In this document: piece after piece, positions 25,755 through 37,856 of the stretch | Layout: every line of letters begins with the position of its first letter | How positions within the stretch are numbered: position 1 is the stretch's first letter | Assembly: GCA_045631675.1 (NCBI GenBank) | Contig: JAZQVF010000102.1 | Span: 315 to 64,314 of the forward strand | Origin: Candidatus Stercoripulliclostridium sp. | GTDB lineage: Bacteria > Bacillota > Clostridia > Christensenellales > DTU072 | Direction of reading: 5' to 3' | DNA: 64,000 nucleotides | Made by a program: the position numbers and the translations under genes | Notes under the pieces: generated by a model | Databases searched by the model: none | What the model was told of the DNA's origin: nothing | The model's input: only the letters and a program-made list of their open reading frames with translations

Positions 25755-26957
25755 CTATTTGTGCTGATATAATTTTGCTAAGCCACCTTGTGAAGTTTCG
25801 CGATAGTGTTCTGATAGATCCCTACCCGTTCTATACATTGTTTCAACAACGATGTCAAAACTAATCTTACGACTATCTGAAAGGAAGTTAGCGAGTGACA
25901 ATGCGTTTATTGCTCTCATTGCAGAAACTGCATTTCTCTCTATACATGGAATTTGAACTAAACCACATACAGGGTCACACGTTAAACCTAAATGGTGTTC
26001 AAGCGATATTTCTGCTGCGTATTCAATTTGGTCAATACCCATTTCAAAAAGTTCAGCAAGAGCAGCAGCAGCCATTGAGCAAGCAGTTCCAACCTCGGCT
26101 TGACAACCTGCTTCGGCGCCACTAATTGAAGCATTAGTTCTAACTATATTACCTATTAAACCTGCAACAGCAAGGGCACGAATTATATCGTTGTCGCTAA
26201 ATCCATTTTTATCTTGCATATATTTTAATACTGCAGGAACAACACCACAAGAACCACACGTAGGAGCAGTTACAATAGTACCACAGTCTGCATTTTGTTC
26301 ACTTACTGCAAATGCATAGGAACAAACGATACGGTTTTCTCTCGTTTGTGGACTCTCATCTATATGGCGCTTGTTATATAACTTTTGAGCCTTTCTTTGT
26401 AATTCCAAGCCACCAGGTAGAATACCCGTCTTTGTAAGGCCCTGAGAAATTGCGTTACACATAGTTTGCCACACATTCATCAAGAATTCTTTAAATCCTT
26501 CACCTTCATGTTCAAAAACATAATCGGATAAGCGGATGTTTCTTGCCTTGCATAGATCTACTATTTCGGTAAAATGCTTTTCTTGGTAAACGTCCGGCTC
26601 AATAGTGCTCAATTCACCCTTTGCCTTTATATCACCACCACCGATTGATAAAAACGTTTTGTTACCAATCTCTTTACCATCCTTAAACGCAATAAAAGAC
26701 AAGGTGTTGGGATGTGGTAAATCAATATCGTCGTAATTAAAAATAACTTCAGTTGGATATGGGAGAAGTGCATCCAAGATTGCCCTATCTGTACCATGAC
26801 CTTTGCCGGTCTTTGCTAAAGATCCAAACAAAGTAACTTGAAAACTATCAGCATCTGGGTTTTCACTCAAAAATCTTTTTGCTGCAAAATTAGGTCCCAT
26901 TGTGTGAGAACTTGAAGGACCTACACCAATTTTAAACACGCTACGAACTGATTTCAT
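25755..26957 (-). CDS. sdaA: L-serine ammonia-lyase, iron-sulfur dependent, single-chain form
   Basis: 400 aa. N-terminal FKIGVGPSSSHTMGP signature, with fused beta- and alpha-type domains. Confidence 0.9.
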   Translation of the reverse strand: MKSVRSVFKIGVGPSSSHTMGPNFAAKRFLSENPDADSFQVTLFGSLAKTGKGHGTDRAILDALLPYPTEVIFNYDDIDLPHPNTLSFIAFKDGKEIGNKTFLSIGGGDIKAKGELSTIEPDVYQEKHFTEIVDLCKARNIRLSDYVFEHEGEGFKEFLMNVWQTMCNAISQGLTKTGILPGGLELQRKAQKLYNKRHIDESPQTRENRIVCSYAFAVSEQNADCGTIVTAPTCGSCGVVPAVLKYMQDKNGFSDNDIIRALAVAGLIGNIVRTNASISGAEAGCQAEVGTACSMAAAALAELFEMGIDQIEYAAEISLEHHLGLTCDPVCGLVQIPCIERNAVSAMRAINALSLANFLSDSRKISFDIVVETMYRTGRDLSEHYRETSQGGLAKLYQHK

Positions 26958-27082
26958 AAAAAACCTACCTTTAATTGCTAAATATTAATCTACCATAAGT
27001 TTAAAAATAAATCAATATTAAATAACAACTTTATTCTAATTACTTAGTAATAATAATTAAGTATAAGGGTTGCAAGAATAAA

Positions 27083-27117
27083 CAAAAAAATAACGCAAGA
27101 ACTATGTCTTGCGTTAT
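27083..27117 (-). terminator. terminator of tRNA-Lys(CUU)
   Basis: Minus strand reads ATAACGCAAG-acatagtt-CTTGCGTTAT followed by TTTTTTT. Confidence 0.75.
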
Positions 27118-27120
27118 CCT

Positions 27121-27196
27121 TGGTACACCTTCAGGGACTCGAACCCTGGACCCACTGATTAAGAGTCAGTTGCTCTACCAACTGAGCTAAAGGTGC
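27121..27196 (-). tRNA. tRNA-Lys (anticodon CUU), CCA encoded
   Basis: Reverse complement folds as acceptor GCACCTT/AAGGTGT, anticodon loop CUCUUAA, T-loop TTCGAGT. Confidence 0.9.
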
Positions 27197-27322
27197 ACAT
27201 CTTTGTTTGCTTTAGTATAATATCACTTTTAATTTGATAACGCAAGTATTTTAACAAACAAATGTAAAATTTTTTTGTGGAAAAATATTTTAAAAATTTT
27301 TTAAAAAAGTGTGTTAAAATTG

Positions 27323-27351
27323 TTTACAAATATTTTTTGATGTAGTATACT
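27323..27351 (+). promoter_or_regulatory. tRNA-Gly(GCC) promoter (TTTACA, 17 nt, TATACT) preceded by phased A/T tracts
   Basis: tttacaaatattttttgatgtagtatact. The upstream 60 nt consists of alternating A- and T-runs. Confidence 0.5.
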
Positions 27352-27372
27352 CAATATCGTTCAAATGAGTGC

Positions 27373-27447
<75 letters not shown>

Positions 27448-27449
27448 AA

Positions 27450-27485
27450 AAGAAGAACACCAAATGGTGTTCTTCTTATTTTTTA
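27450..27485. terminator. bidirectional terminator (tRNA-Gly / GH30-like gene)
   Basis: AAGAAGAACACC-aaat-GGTGTTCTTCTT with T-runs on both strands. The stop codon of the convergent CDS lies in the 3' arm. Confidence 0.8.
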
Positions 27486-28933
27486 TACACTATAGTAGTA
27501 ATAGATTGACCGGGTATGTTAATTCGGGAATTTATTGTTTCGGCACCCACCTTTGTCCCACAATCCCCTACTGCATTAGTCGAGTAAGTTTCATAATAAC
27601 TATATTCATTTGATAAACCTATACTAAACAATTCTACGCTCTCCCCTGTATTAATAAATACACTAACCAAATCTCCGTTTGGATTAACAAAAGAGCAATT
27701 CCTTAAAGTATCATCATTTCTATTTTGAAGTTCAACGTTAGAAGCAATTCTAACGGCGCCTTTTTCTATATGTTTTGTAAATTGTGAAAAAGCATAGTAT
27801 CTTAGAGGTATTTGCAAATCATTTTTATCTTCCACGCTAACATAGAGTAATCCATCCTCATAGTGGTAACAAGAGACCGCTAACCAATACTGCCAACCAA
27901 TAGCATTCAAATTAACTAAGTCATCCATTATTACGTTTGCGATAGCGTATGCAGGATTCATTCCAGATTCTCTTCCGTTTTGCATTTGACACCATTCGGT
28001 CATTGAAACATCAAGTTCAGGATACCTTTCTTCAATATATCTATAAAACGTGCTTTTTTCTTCCGCTGAAGCCCAATAACTATGTGAATCTAATTTAGTA
28101 AAGCGTGTGCGTATAAGATCAGATGACATAAATGCATCTACGTACTCATATATTCTTCCACCAACCATACCACTTTCGTAAATAGATAGTTCAACGTCTT
28201 TAAGAATTGCACGTTTTTCCATTTCTATTATAAAAGTTTCATATAACTTTACGGCTTCATTCGGTTCATAGTGACACCCTTCTTGACCTCCTTTCCACTC
28301 CCACTCGGGTTCATTGATTGGAGACAATGCAACCACCGGAATGCCATCACTGATAAATCTCTCTGCAACGTCACAAAAATATTCAGCATAAGCCCTATAG
28401 TTTGACTCATCAATATTGCACTTTCCATCTGAACTGTGCGCCTTGCCGTTTTTCGTTAAATTATTCGGCGGGCTATTTGCAAATAAAACCACTTCTTCAG
28501 CACCATATTTTAGTGCTAAATTGAGCATATATTTTCCATTTGCGTCTCTATCTTCATTATAATTGCCATGTTCATCTATTGGACTCTCTACCGTTCTCCA
28601 ATAATGTGAATATTTTCCCTTATCTGGGGTTACAGCCGCGCCAACATTGTATCTATATACGCTTAAACCTAATCCACTTTCTTTATCAAACAAATATCTT
28701 GCAATCGCTTCTCTTATATCTTCTCCGCTTTCAGTATTAGCCGTCCAACCACCAACGTCAGGTGCCCACCAACATCCAGAAACCCCAAAACCTTCTTCAA
28801 TAGTTTGATACGTTTTGTTAACGTTATAATGAATTTTGTTCTGCATAAAGTACCCCTCGTTATATAAAACAGCAACCGTTGTGGCTAAAAAAATTGAGCA
28901 TATTAAAACGATAAATAATCGCCTAAGTCTCAT
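27476..28933 (-). CDS. secreted or anchored glycoside hydrolase, GH30-like (clan GH-A)
   Basis: 485 aa. N-terminal signal/anchor, an EGFGVSGCWW start typical of GH30, candidate acid/base NEPEWEW and nucleophile MTEW. Confidence 0.55.
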   Translation of the reverse strand: MRLRRLFIVLICSIFLATTVAVLYNEGYFMQNKIHYNVNKTYQTIEEGFGVSGCWWAPDVGGWTANTESGEDIREAIARYLFDKESGLGLSVYRYNVGAAVTPDKGKYSHYWRTVESPIDEHGNYNEDRDANGKYMLNLALKYGAEEVVLFANSPPNNLTKNGKAHSSDGKCNIDESNYRAYAEYFCDVAERFISDGIPVVALSPINEPEWEWKGGQEGCHYEPNEAVKLYETFIIEMEKRAILKDVELSIYESGMVGGRIYEYVDAFMSSDLIRTRFTKLDSHSYWASAEEKSTFYRYIEERYPELDVSMTEWCQMQNGRESGMNPAYAIANVIMDDLVNLNAIGWQYWLAVSCYHYEDGLLYVSVEDKNDLQIPLRYYAFSQFTKHIEKGAVRIASNVELQNRNDDTLRNCSFVNPNGDLVSVFINTGESVELFSIGLSNEYSYYETYSTNAVGDCGTKVGAETINSRINIPGQSITTIVYKK

Positions 28934-28935
28934 AA

Positions 28936-31168
<2,233 letters not shown>

Positions 31169-31173
31169 AAATT

Positions 31174-31204
31174 AAAAAGGGCTCAAACGAGCCCTTTTGT
31201 TTTA
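31174..31204. terminator. bidirectional terminator (guaB / spoIVA)
   Basis: AAAAAGGGCTC-aaac-GAGCCCTTTTGTTTT. Confidence 0.8.
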
Positions 31205-32674
31205 TAATAAAATACAAATTACACCACCCTTTCCCTCATTAACTATTCTATTAACTGTCTTTCTTAACTTTCGTCTACATTCCGTTGGCATATTACCAAT
31301 TTTAGCATCTAAATCTTCTTTAACTAAATTCGATAATGGTTTTCCAAACATATTGGTATTCCATATTCCTTGCTTATTATCGCGGAATTCACTCATTAGA
31401 TAGTTTACTATATCCCCAGACTGTTGTTCAGATCCAATTATTGGTTTAACTTCCGTTTCTACGTCTACCTTCATCATATGTATAGATGGGGCTTTTGCTT
31501 TTAGTTTAACACCGAATTGCGAGCCTCTTTTGAGAAGTTCAGGTTCTTGTAGTTCGAGTTCATCCATTCGTGGAAGTACTATACCATAACCTGTTTCTTC
31601 TACTTGATCCAATGCAACCTTTATTTTTTCATAATTTTTAAATGCCATGGATGCTTTTACCAAATAACTCATTAATGAAAATTCATCATTAATCTCTATA
31701 CCACACTCATCTGACAATATCTTATAAAATAGTTGTGACTTTGGCATTAACGATACATTCAAAATGCCTTTGCCTGAATATACTTCTAAATCTGGATTGT
31801 CTTCAAAATAATCCGTTCCTTCATAGTCCGCAATAACCTTTTGGAAATCTTTTATTTTTATTATTTCATTTCCTTCTTTTAACTTAATAAGTAACCATTT
31901 CATAATTGGATTATCAATGCTTAAAGCACGCATCCATTTAGGTAGTCTTACGTCTATTCTTTTCAAAGGAAACTCGTATAGTACGGATTCTAATACCTTT
32001 TCAAGCAATTCTTTTCCTGCAGTGAGTAAATTTAATGGTATTACAGAAACACCATATTTTTCATTCAAATTAGAAGATAAATCAATTGTTTCTTTGCTTT
32101 CAGGATTAGTACAATTGACCACGATTATAAATGGCTTGCCGATGCTTTTTAGTTCCTTTACGACTCGTTCTTCTGCTAAAACGTAATCTTCTCTTGGAAT
32201 ATCTCCGATACTTCCATCTGTGGTTACAACTATGCCAACCGTTGAGTGCTCTTTTATTACCTTCTCAGTACCATACTCTGCTGCTTTTTCAAAAGGAATT
32301 GTTTCCTCATTCCAAGGAGTTTTAACCATGCGTGGTTTTCCTTCTTCTATTCCACCTAAAGCGCTCGGAATCAAATATCCAACGCAATCAATCATTCTTA
32401 TTTTTGCACTACTATCTCCCACTTCTATTCCTATAGCTTCAGATGGTACGAACTTAGGTTCAGTAGTCATAATTGTTTTACCATCTGCAGATTGTGGCAA
32501 TTCATCAATTGCTCTTTCGCGCGAATTACTATTTTCTACCCTATCTAATACTATCTCCTCCATAAACCTTTTTATAAAGGTTGATTTTCCAGTCCTTACT
32601 GGACCAACAACACCAACATAGATGTCTCCATTGGTCCTAAGTGCAATATCGTTATATATATCGTATGTCTGCAT
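31202..32674 (-). CDS. spoIVA: stage IV sporulation protein A (spore-coat basement-layer ATPase)
   Basis: Trimmed to ATG 32674 (GGAGGA SD), giving MQTYDIYNDIALRTNGDIYVGVVGPVRTGKSTFIKRFME, the characteristic SpoIVA N-terminus with its Walker A. 490 aa. Confidence 0.9.
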   Translation of the reverse strand: MQTYDIYNDIALRTNGDIYVGVVGPVRTGKSTFIKRFMEEIVLDRVENSNSRERAIDELPQSADGKTIMTTEPKFVPSEAIGIEVGDSSAKIRMIDCVGYLIPSALGGIEEGKPRMVKTPWNEETIPFEKAAEYGTEKVIKEHSTVGIVVTTDGSIGDIPREDYVLAEERVVKELKSIGKPFIIVVNCTNPESKETIDLSSNLNEKYGVSVIPLNLLTAGKELLEKVLESVLYEFPLKRIDVRLPKWMRALSIDNPIMKWLLIKLKEGNEIIKIKDFQKVIADYEGTDYFEDNPDLEVYSGKGILNVSLMPKSQLFYKILSDECGIEINDEFSLMSYLVKASMAFKNYEKIKVALDQVEETGYGIVLPRMDELELQEPELLKRGSQFGVKLKAKAPSIHMMKVDVETEVKPIIGSEQQSGDIVNYLMSEFRDNKQGIWNTNMFGKPLSNLVKEDLDAKIGNMPTECRRKLRKTVNRIVNEGKGGVICILL

Positions 32675-32732
32675 AGACGTCCTCCAAAATATTTTAGTAA
32701 ATACTATGCAGAAATTTTCTTTGTATGCAAAC

Positions 32733-32755
32733 AAAAAACGCACCTTGCGGTGCGC
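32733..32755 (-). terminator. terminator after the aminotransferase gene
   Basis: Minus strand reads CGCACC-gcaa-GGTGCG followed by TTTTTTG. Confidence 0.65.
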
Positions 32756-32764
32756 TTATGTTTA

Positions 32765-34027
32765 TTATGCAGTAACTTTTTCAAGGAATGCAATCTTTGC
32801 ACAACAGCAGAAGATGTGCATTGCTGTTTTTAATTCATCCATAGGTGGTAGTGTTGGAGCAATTCTTAAGTTACTATCCTTTGGATCTTTCTTATAAGGA
32901 TAAGTTGCACCTGCGCCTGTAAATACTACGCCTGCTTCCTTTGCTAATTGTACGGTTCGTTTAGCGGTTCCTTCTTCAAGGAAACAAGAAATGAAATATC
33001 CTCCTCTTGGATTGTTCCATTTTGCTATTCCGGTTTCGGTTAGTTCCTCATCCATAATTTTTAACACTTCCTCAAATTTAGGACGTAAAATTTCAGCATG
33101 CTTTTCCATATGTATATAAATATCCTCTGGGGAATTAAAATATAGACTATGCATATATTGTGAAACTTTATCTGGGCCTATTGTTTGAATACTCATATAT
33201 TTTCTTTGGCTATCCATATTTGCCTTAGAGCCTGCCATAAATGCCACACCTGCACCTGCAAAACTTATCTTTGAGGTTGAGCCAAACATGTATACTATAT
33301 CTTCATTGTTGGCTTTTTTAGCCTCTTCAAAGATGTCAAGCATATGATCTTGACCATATAATGCGTGTACCATATATGCGTTATCCCACATAATACGAAA
33401 ATCTTTTGCACCTGGTCTAAGGTTTGCTAAACGCTTAACAACTTCATCTGAATATATAATACCCATAGGATTAGAATACTTAGGTACACACCATATACCT
33501 TTAACGGATGGGTCTTTTACAAGTTCTTCAACCATATCCATATCTGGTCCGTTTTCATCCATAGGAACGTTTATCATCTCAAAGCCAAACAACTCGGTTA
33601 TAGCAAAGTGTCTATCATAACCAGGAACGGGACAAAGCCATTTTAGTGAACCTTGTTTGTTCCATGGCTCTCCACCAAGCACACCAAACTGCATTGCGCG
33701 TTGTATGCTATCGTACATAAGATTCAAACTTGCATTATATGCTACAATGATTTCATCGTTAGATACGTTCCCTATAAGATCACCAAACAATTTCTTAAGT
33801 TCTGGTATACCATCGGCAATACCATAATTGCGATAATCAATTTTACGCTTAAAATCGGTGTTTGAATTTATACCGTCAAGCATTTTCATACTTATATCAA
33901 GTTGCTCTTTACATGGCTTACCACGAGACATATCAAGGCTAAGATTCATTGCTTTATAGCCGTTATATCTATTCATCTCTTCATTAAGCAATTTCTTTTG
34001 TTCTTCTAAAGTTAAATTCTTATACAT
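32765..34027 (-). CDS. PLP-dependent aminotransferase (class I/II fold)
   Basis: 420 aa. STSKISFAGAGV contains the PLP-lysine motif. Overall aspartate/alanine aminotransferase-like layout. Confidence 0.7.
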   Translation of the reverse strand: MYKNLTLEEQKKLLNEEMNRYNGYKAMNLSLDMSRGKPCKEQLDISMKMLDGINSNTDFKRKIDYRNYGIADGIPELKKLFGDLIGNVSNDEIIVAYNASLNLMYDSIQRAMQFGVLGGEPWNKQGSLKWLCPVPGYDRHFAITELFGFEMINVPMDENGPDMDMVEELVKDPSVKGIWCVPKYSNPMGIIYSDEVVKRLANLRPGAKDFRIMWDNAYMVHALYGQDHMLDIFEEAKKANNEDIVYMFGSTSKISFAGAGVAFMAGSKANMDSQRKYMSIQTIGPDKVSQYMHSLYFNSPEDIYIHMEKHAEILRPKFEEVLKIMDEELTETGIAKWNNPRGGYFISCFLEEGTAKRTVQLAKEAGVVFTGAGATYPYKKDPKDSNLRIAPTLPPMDELKTAMHIFCCCAKIAFLEKVTA

Positions 34028-34035
34028 AATGCTCC

Positions 34036-35355
34036 TTATATCTTTTCTTCATCTTTTGAGCGAACCACAATTTTAATTGGCGTTCCACTAAAATCAAAAG
34101 CCTTTCTTAGCGAATTTTCTATGTATCTCCTATATGAGAAATGCATGAGTTTTCCATCGTTTACAAATATTACGATTGTAGGTGGATTTGTTGATGGTTG
34201 TGAAGAGTAATAAACTTTTAATCTCTTACCATTGTGGGTAGGTGGCTCATTAACGGCAATAGCATCGCCTATAACGTCATTCAAAACACCCGTAGGTATT
34301 CTTCTTGATGCATTCTCATAGGCTTGCATCGCAGTATCAAGAACGGTATTTACTCTCTTACCCGTCAATGCTGAAATGAATACGGTCTTAAGATAATTCA
34401 TAAACTTAAGATCGTTTTTCAAATTTTCGGTAAACTTGTTAACCGTGTAAGTATCCTTTTCAATTAAATCCCACTTATTCATAACAAGAACACTTGGCTT
34501 TCCTGCATCGTGAACAAGTCCACATATTCTTATATCTTGCTCAGACAACATTTCCATGCTATCAACGACAACCAATACGATATCAGCCCTACGAATTGCA
34601 CTAATTGAACGAATTACGGAATAATACTCAACATCCTCTTCTACCTTGCTCTTTTTGCGGATACCTGCCGTATCAATAAGAGTGCACTTTCTACCTTCAT
34701 ATTCAAACGGTGTATCGATTGCATCTCTCGTAGTACCTGCGATATTTGAAACGATAACTCTTTCATATCCTAAAAGCCTATTGGTCAATGAAGATTTACC
34801 ACTATTAGGTTTACCAACTATTGCTATCTTTAATGTTTCCTCTTCTGCTGTTGCATCTGCCTTATCAAAATTAGCGCAAACAGCATCAAGTAGGTCGCCT
34901 AATCCCAAACTTTGCTCTGCAGAAATAGGCATTGGCTCTCCTAAATTCAAAGCCCAAAAGTCGTGGATTACACTATCATCTTTACCATCAATTTTATTGA
35001 CTGCAAGAACAACTGGTTTATTTGTGCATCTTAGCATTTGCGCTACATCATAATCGTCAGCCATTATACCGGTCTTGCCGTCTACAAATAAAAGAATAAC
35101 ATCCGCTATATCTACTGCAAGTTCTGCTTGGCGACGAATATGTTTCCACATTTGGTCCTCGCTCTTAAGTTCTATACCGCCTGTATCAACCATTGTAAAA
35201 TTGTAACCACACCATTCTACGTCAACGTAAATGCGGTCACGTGTAACGCCAGGCATATCGTTAACTATAGATACCCTGCGTCCTGCCATCTTGTTAAAGA
35301 AAGTAGATTTACCTACGTTAGGTCTTCCTACTATTGCCACTATTGGTTTTGCCAT
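34036..35355 (-). CDS. der: ribosome-assembly GTPase Der (EngA)
   Basis: 439 aa. Two tandem G domains (GRPNVGKST...NKID and GKPNSGKSS...NKWD) plus a KH-like C-terminus. Confidence 0.95.
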   Translation of the reverse strand: MAKPIVAIVGRPNVGKSTFFNKMAGRRVSIVNDMPGVTRDRIYVDVEWCGYNFTMVDTGGIELKSEDQMWKHIRRQAELAVDIADVILLFVDGKTGIMADDYDVAQMLRCTNKPVVLAVNKIDGKDDSVIHDFWALNLGEPMPISAEQSLGLGDLLDAVCANFDKADATAEEETLKIAIVGKPNSGKSSLTNRLLGYERVIVSNIAGTTRDAIDTPFEYEGRKCTLIDTAGIRKKSKVEEDVEYYSVIRSISAIRRADIVLVVVDSMEMLSEQDIRICGLVHDAGKPSVLVMNKWDLIEKDTYTVNKFTENLKNDLKFMNYLKTVFISALTGKRVNTVLDTAMQAYENASRRIPTGVLNDVIGDAIAVNEPPTHNGKRLKVYYSSQPSTNPPTIVIFVNDGKLMHFSYRRYIENSLRKAFDFSGTPIKIVVRSKDEEKI

Positions 35356-35358
35356 ATC

Positions 35359-37854
35359 TTACTCCATTTCCTCCACGTGCTTAACTACTTTTGCAACTTT
35401 TACACCGCGTAAAATTGGTTTACCTTTGGTATCCTTTCTTTCAATGCGGATATCTTCAGTATCCACTTCGTGGAGATTGTTTTCATCATCTATAAATGCA
35501 AGCTTATAAGGTGCAACAACTAAAGATGCAAAAGATACCTTATAAGGCTCACCATAAATATCTATTACGCGCAATCCTTTTCTTGCTCGTTTCATTGGAC
35601 TAAACTCAGATGCAATCACCTTCTTTCCCGTTCCTTTATCGGTAATAACGATAATTTCTCCAAGTGGCATATAAGCCTCGTTTCCATCGGCATCAATGCC
35701 TAATTCCACCTCTGCTTGTCCTGCGAATACCACGTACGCATCAGTATTTAGATTTACACCTATAACACCACCAGCAATTCTTCCGTGCAATGGATAGTCG
35801 TCAACTTCTGAATTTACACATTGGCCATCTGATGTCACAAAGACTATTGTTGAATTTTCTTTTACCATTTCAACGCCAATTACTTCATCGTCTTCTTTAA
35901 GCGACATTACTTGGTATGCGTCTTTCGCAACAAAATAGTTACGGAATAACGTTTTCTTTACCATACCATTTCTCGTATAAATATAGACTTCTTCGTTTTC
36001 AAGGGTTTCAGGATTAGCAGACATGATTGCTATCGCCCTTTCTTCTTTTGATGCAAAAGTTGGATATAATGCATTTAAAGAATCTCCCACCTCGGTCCAC
36101 TGCCTTTCTCTTGCATTATTAACGTCCAATTTATAGCAATTTCCTTGAGATCCAAAGACTAATACGGTATGGTCGGGCTTAACCTCGTGAATGACCTTAG
36201 TAAGTCCGTCTAACCCACTTGATTCAACGTCGCGATTTGCGGAAATAAAGCTACGAGTAGAAAGCACCTTGATAGTACCATTTTCTCCTATAGTTGCAAT
36301 ACATCTCTTATTAGTGCGTTTTGTCGGGTCAAAAACTTGAGGCTTAATATCCAAGTCTTCAATACTATTAATGATTGTGGTTAAACGCTTGCATTTATAT
36401 TTGTCGCGTATTTCTTGCAATTCTTTTTTAACCACTTTATATTGCTCTTTATCGCTTGAGAGTATTTTAGTGAGTTCAGCAATTTGTTTATTAAGTTCCG
36501 ACAACTCGTTTTCAAATTTATGAACGTCTAATTTGTTGATGTTGCCAAGTTGCAAGGTAAGGATTGCTTCTGCTTGCGCTTCTGAAAGAGTGAATTTTTC
36601 ACGAAGTTGTACCTTAGCCTCCGCTCTTGTAGATGCACCCCTAATTATTGCTATGACTTCATCAATATTAGGCATTATGAGCAGATATCCCTCTAAAATC
36701 TCCGCTCTCTTTTGCGCAACGTTTAAATCAAATCTACTACGCTTTGAGATAATGCCCTTTTGATAATTAAGGTAATATTTAATTATTTGAATAAGTCCTA
36801 ATTGACAAGGCTTTCCATCCGCAATCGCAACCATATTTACAGTGTGATTACATTGCAATTCAGTATCTTTGTAAAGACCTTCCAATACCTTAACAGCATC
36901 TTCACCCTTTTTAAGTTTGAGAACTATTCGTAAGTTTGCTGCAGATTCATCGTCAATTGAGACTATATTTGAATAAAGTTCTTTCTTTTCTACTAAATCT
37001 GCTATTCTACTTAGCAACGCTTTTGGGCTAACGCCGCCAGGCACTTCTGTAATTATAATGTTTTGTTGCGCGCCTACGTTTTCAATTTCCGCCCTGCCTC
37101 GCATAACGAATTTGCCTTGACCGGTTTCGTAAATATTGTACAAGTCTTGTCCACCAACTATAAAGCCTCCCGTTGGGAAATCAGGCCCTTTTATAATGGT
37201 AAGCAACTCGTCTAACTTCATTCTTGGATTATCAATGAGAGCCACGCATCCATCTATAACCTCGGTTAGATTGTGTGGTGGTATATTCATTGAAAAACCA
37301 ATTGCTATACCGGAAGCACCGTTTACTAAAAGATTAGGAAATCGTCCAGGTAAAATATCCGGCTCATCCAAAGTATCATCAAAGTTTTTTGACCATGACA
37401 CAGTGTTTTTGTCAATATCACGAAGAAGTTCCATTGAAAGAGCTTCTAACCTTGCTTCCGTATAACGCATTGCAGCAGGTCCAGGATCAGTCAAAGTACC
37501 AAAGCTTCCTTGTCCATCAATTAATGGCATGCGCATATTGAAATTTTGCACCATTCTAACCATTGCACCGTAGATAGAACTATCGCCATGTGGGTGATAT
37601 TTACCCATACAATCACCAACTATACGTGCGCTCTTCTTGTAGTCGCTTTGTGGTCCCATCTTAAGGTTATACATAGTATAAAGAATTCTACGTTGAACGG
37701 GTTTTAGTCCATCTTCTACCCTTGGAAGGGATCTATCCAAAATAATATGCTCTGAAAAAAGCATCATAGATTCTGGCATAACTTCATCAAGAGGCCTTTC
37801 TAAAACGTTAGTTTCTAATTCTAATGCTATTTGTGTGCCTTTTACTTTTGCCAT
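35359..37854 (-). CDS. parC: type IIA topoisomerase subunit A; ParC (topo IV) favoured over GyrA
   Basis: 831 aa with the catalytic region [11 protein letters not shown] cannot find a GyrA box (QRRGGKG) at the start of the C-terminal beta-pinwheel; the corresponding stretch reads [13 protein letters not shown]. Confidence 0.6.
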   Translation of the reverse strand: MAKVKGTQIALELETNVLERPLDEVMPESMMLFSEHIILDRSLPRVEDGLKPVQRRILYTMYNLKMGPQSDYKKSARIVGDCMGKYHPHGDSSIYGAMVRMVQNFNMRMPLIDGQGSFGTLTDPGPAAMRYTEARLEALSMELLRDIDKNTVSWSKNFDDTLDEPDILPGRFPNLLVNGASGIAIGFSMNIPPHNLTEVIDGCVALIDNPRMKLDELLTIIKGPDFPTGGFIVGGQDLYNIYETGQGKFVMRGRAEIENVGAQQNIIITEVPGGVSPKALLSRIADLVEKKELYSNIVSIDDESAANLRIVLKLKKGEDAVKVLEGLYKDTELQCNHTVNMVAIADGKPCQLGLIQIIKYYLNYQKGIISKRSRFDLNVAQKRAEILEGYLLIMPNIDEVIAIIRGASTRAEAKVQLREKFTLSEAQAEAILTLQLGNINKLDVHKFENELSELNKQIAELTKILSSDKEQYKVVKKELQEIRDKYKCKRLTTIINSIEDLDIKPQVFDPTKRTNKRCIATIGENGTIKVLSTRSFISANRDVESSGLDGLTKVIHEVKPDHTVLVFGSQGNCYKLDVNNARERQWTEVGDSLNALYPTFASKEERAIAIMSANPETLENEEVYIYTRNGMVKKTLFRNYFVAKDAYQVMSLKEDDEVIGVEMVKENSTIVFVTSDGQCVNSEVDDYPLHGRIAGGVIGVNLNTDAYVVFAGQAEVELGIDADGNEAYMPLGEIIVITDKGTGKKVIASEFSPMKRARKGLRVIDIYGEPYKVSFASLVVAPYKLAFIDDENNLHEVDTEDIRIERKDTKGKPILRGVKVAKVVKHVEEME

Positions 37855-37856
37855 TA

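Noticed and set aside
24861-25767. Track ORFs 24861-25052, 25220-25420 and 25426-25767, plus 27395-27613
   Set aside because: They read straight through tRNA genes, and the translations match tRNA sequence. They are not coding.
32675-32732. Possible sigma-E type promoter (CATACAAA / GCATAGTA) upstream of spoIVA
   Set aside because: Only the -10-like half matches my memory of the consensus. No convincing -35 element lies at the right spacing. This is too weak to call.
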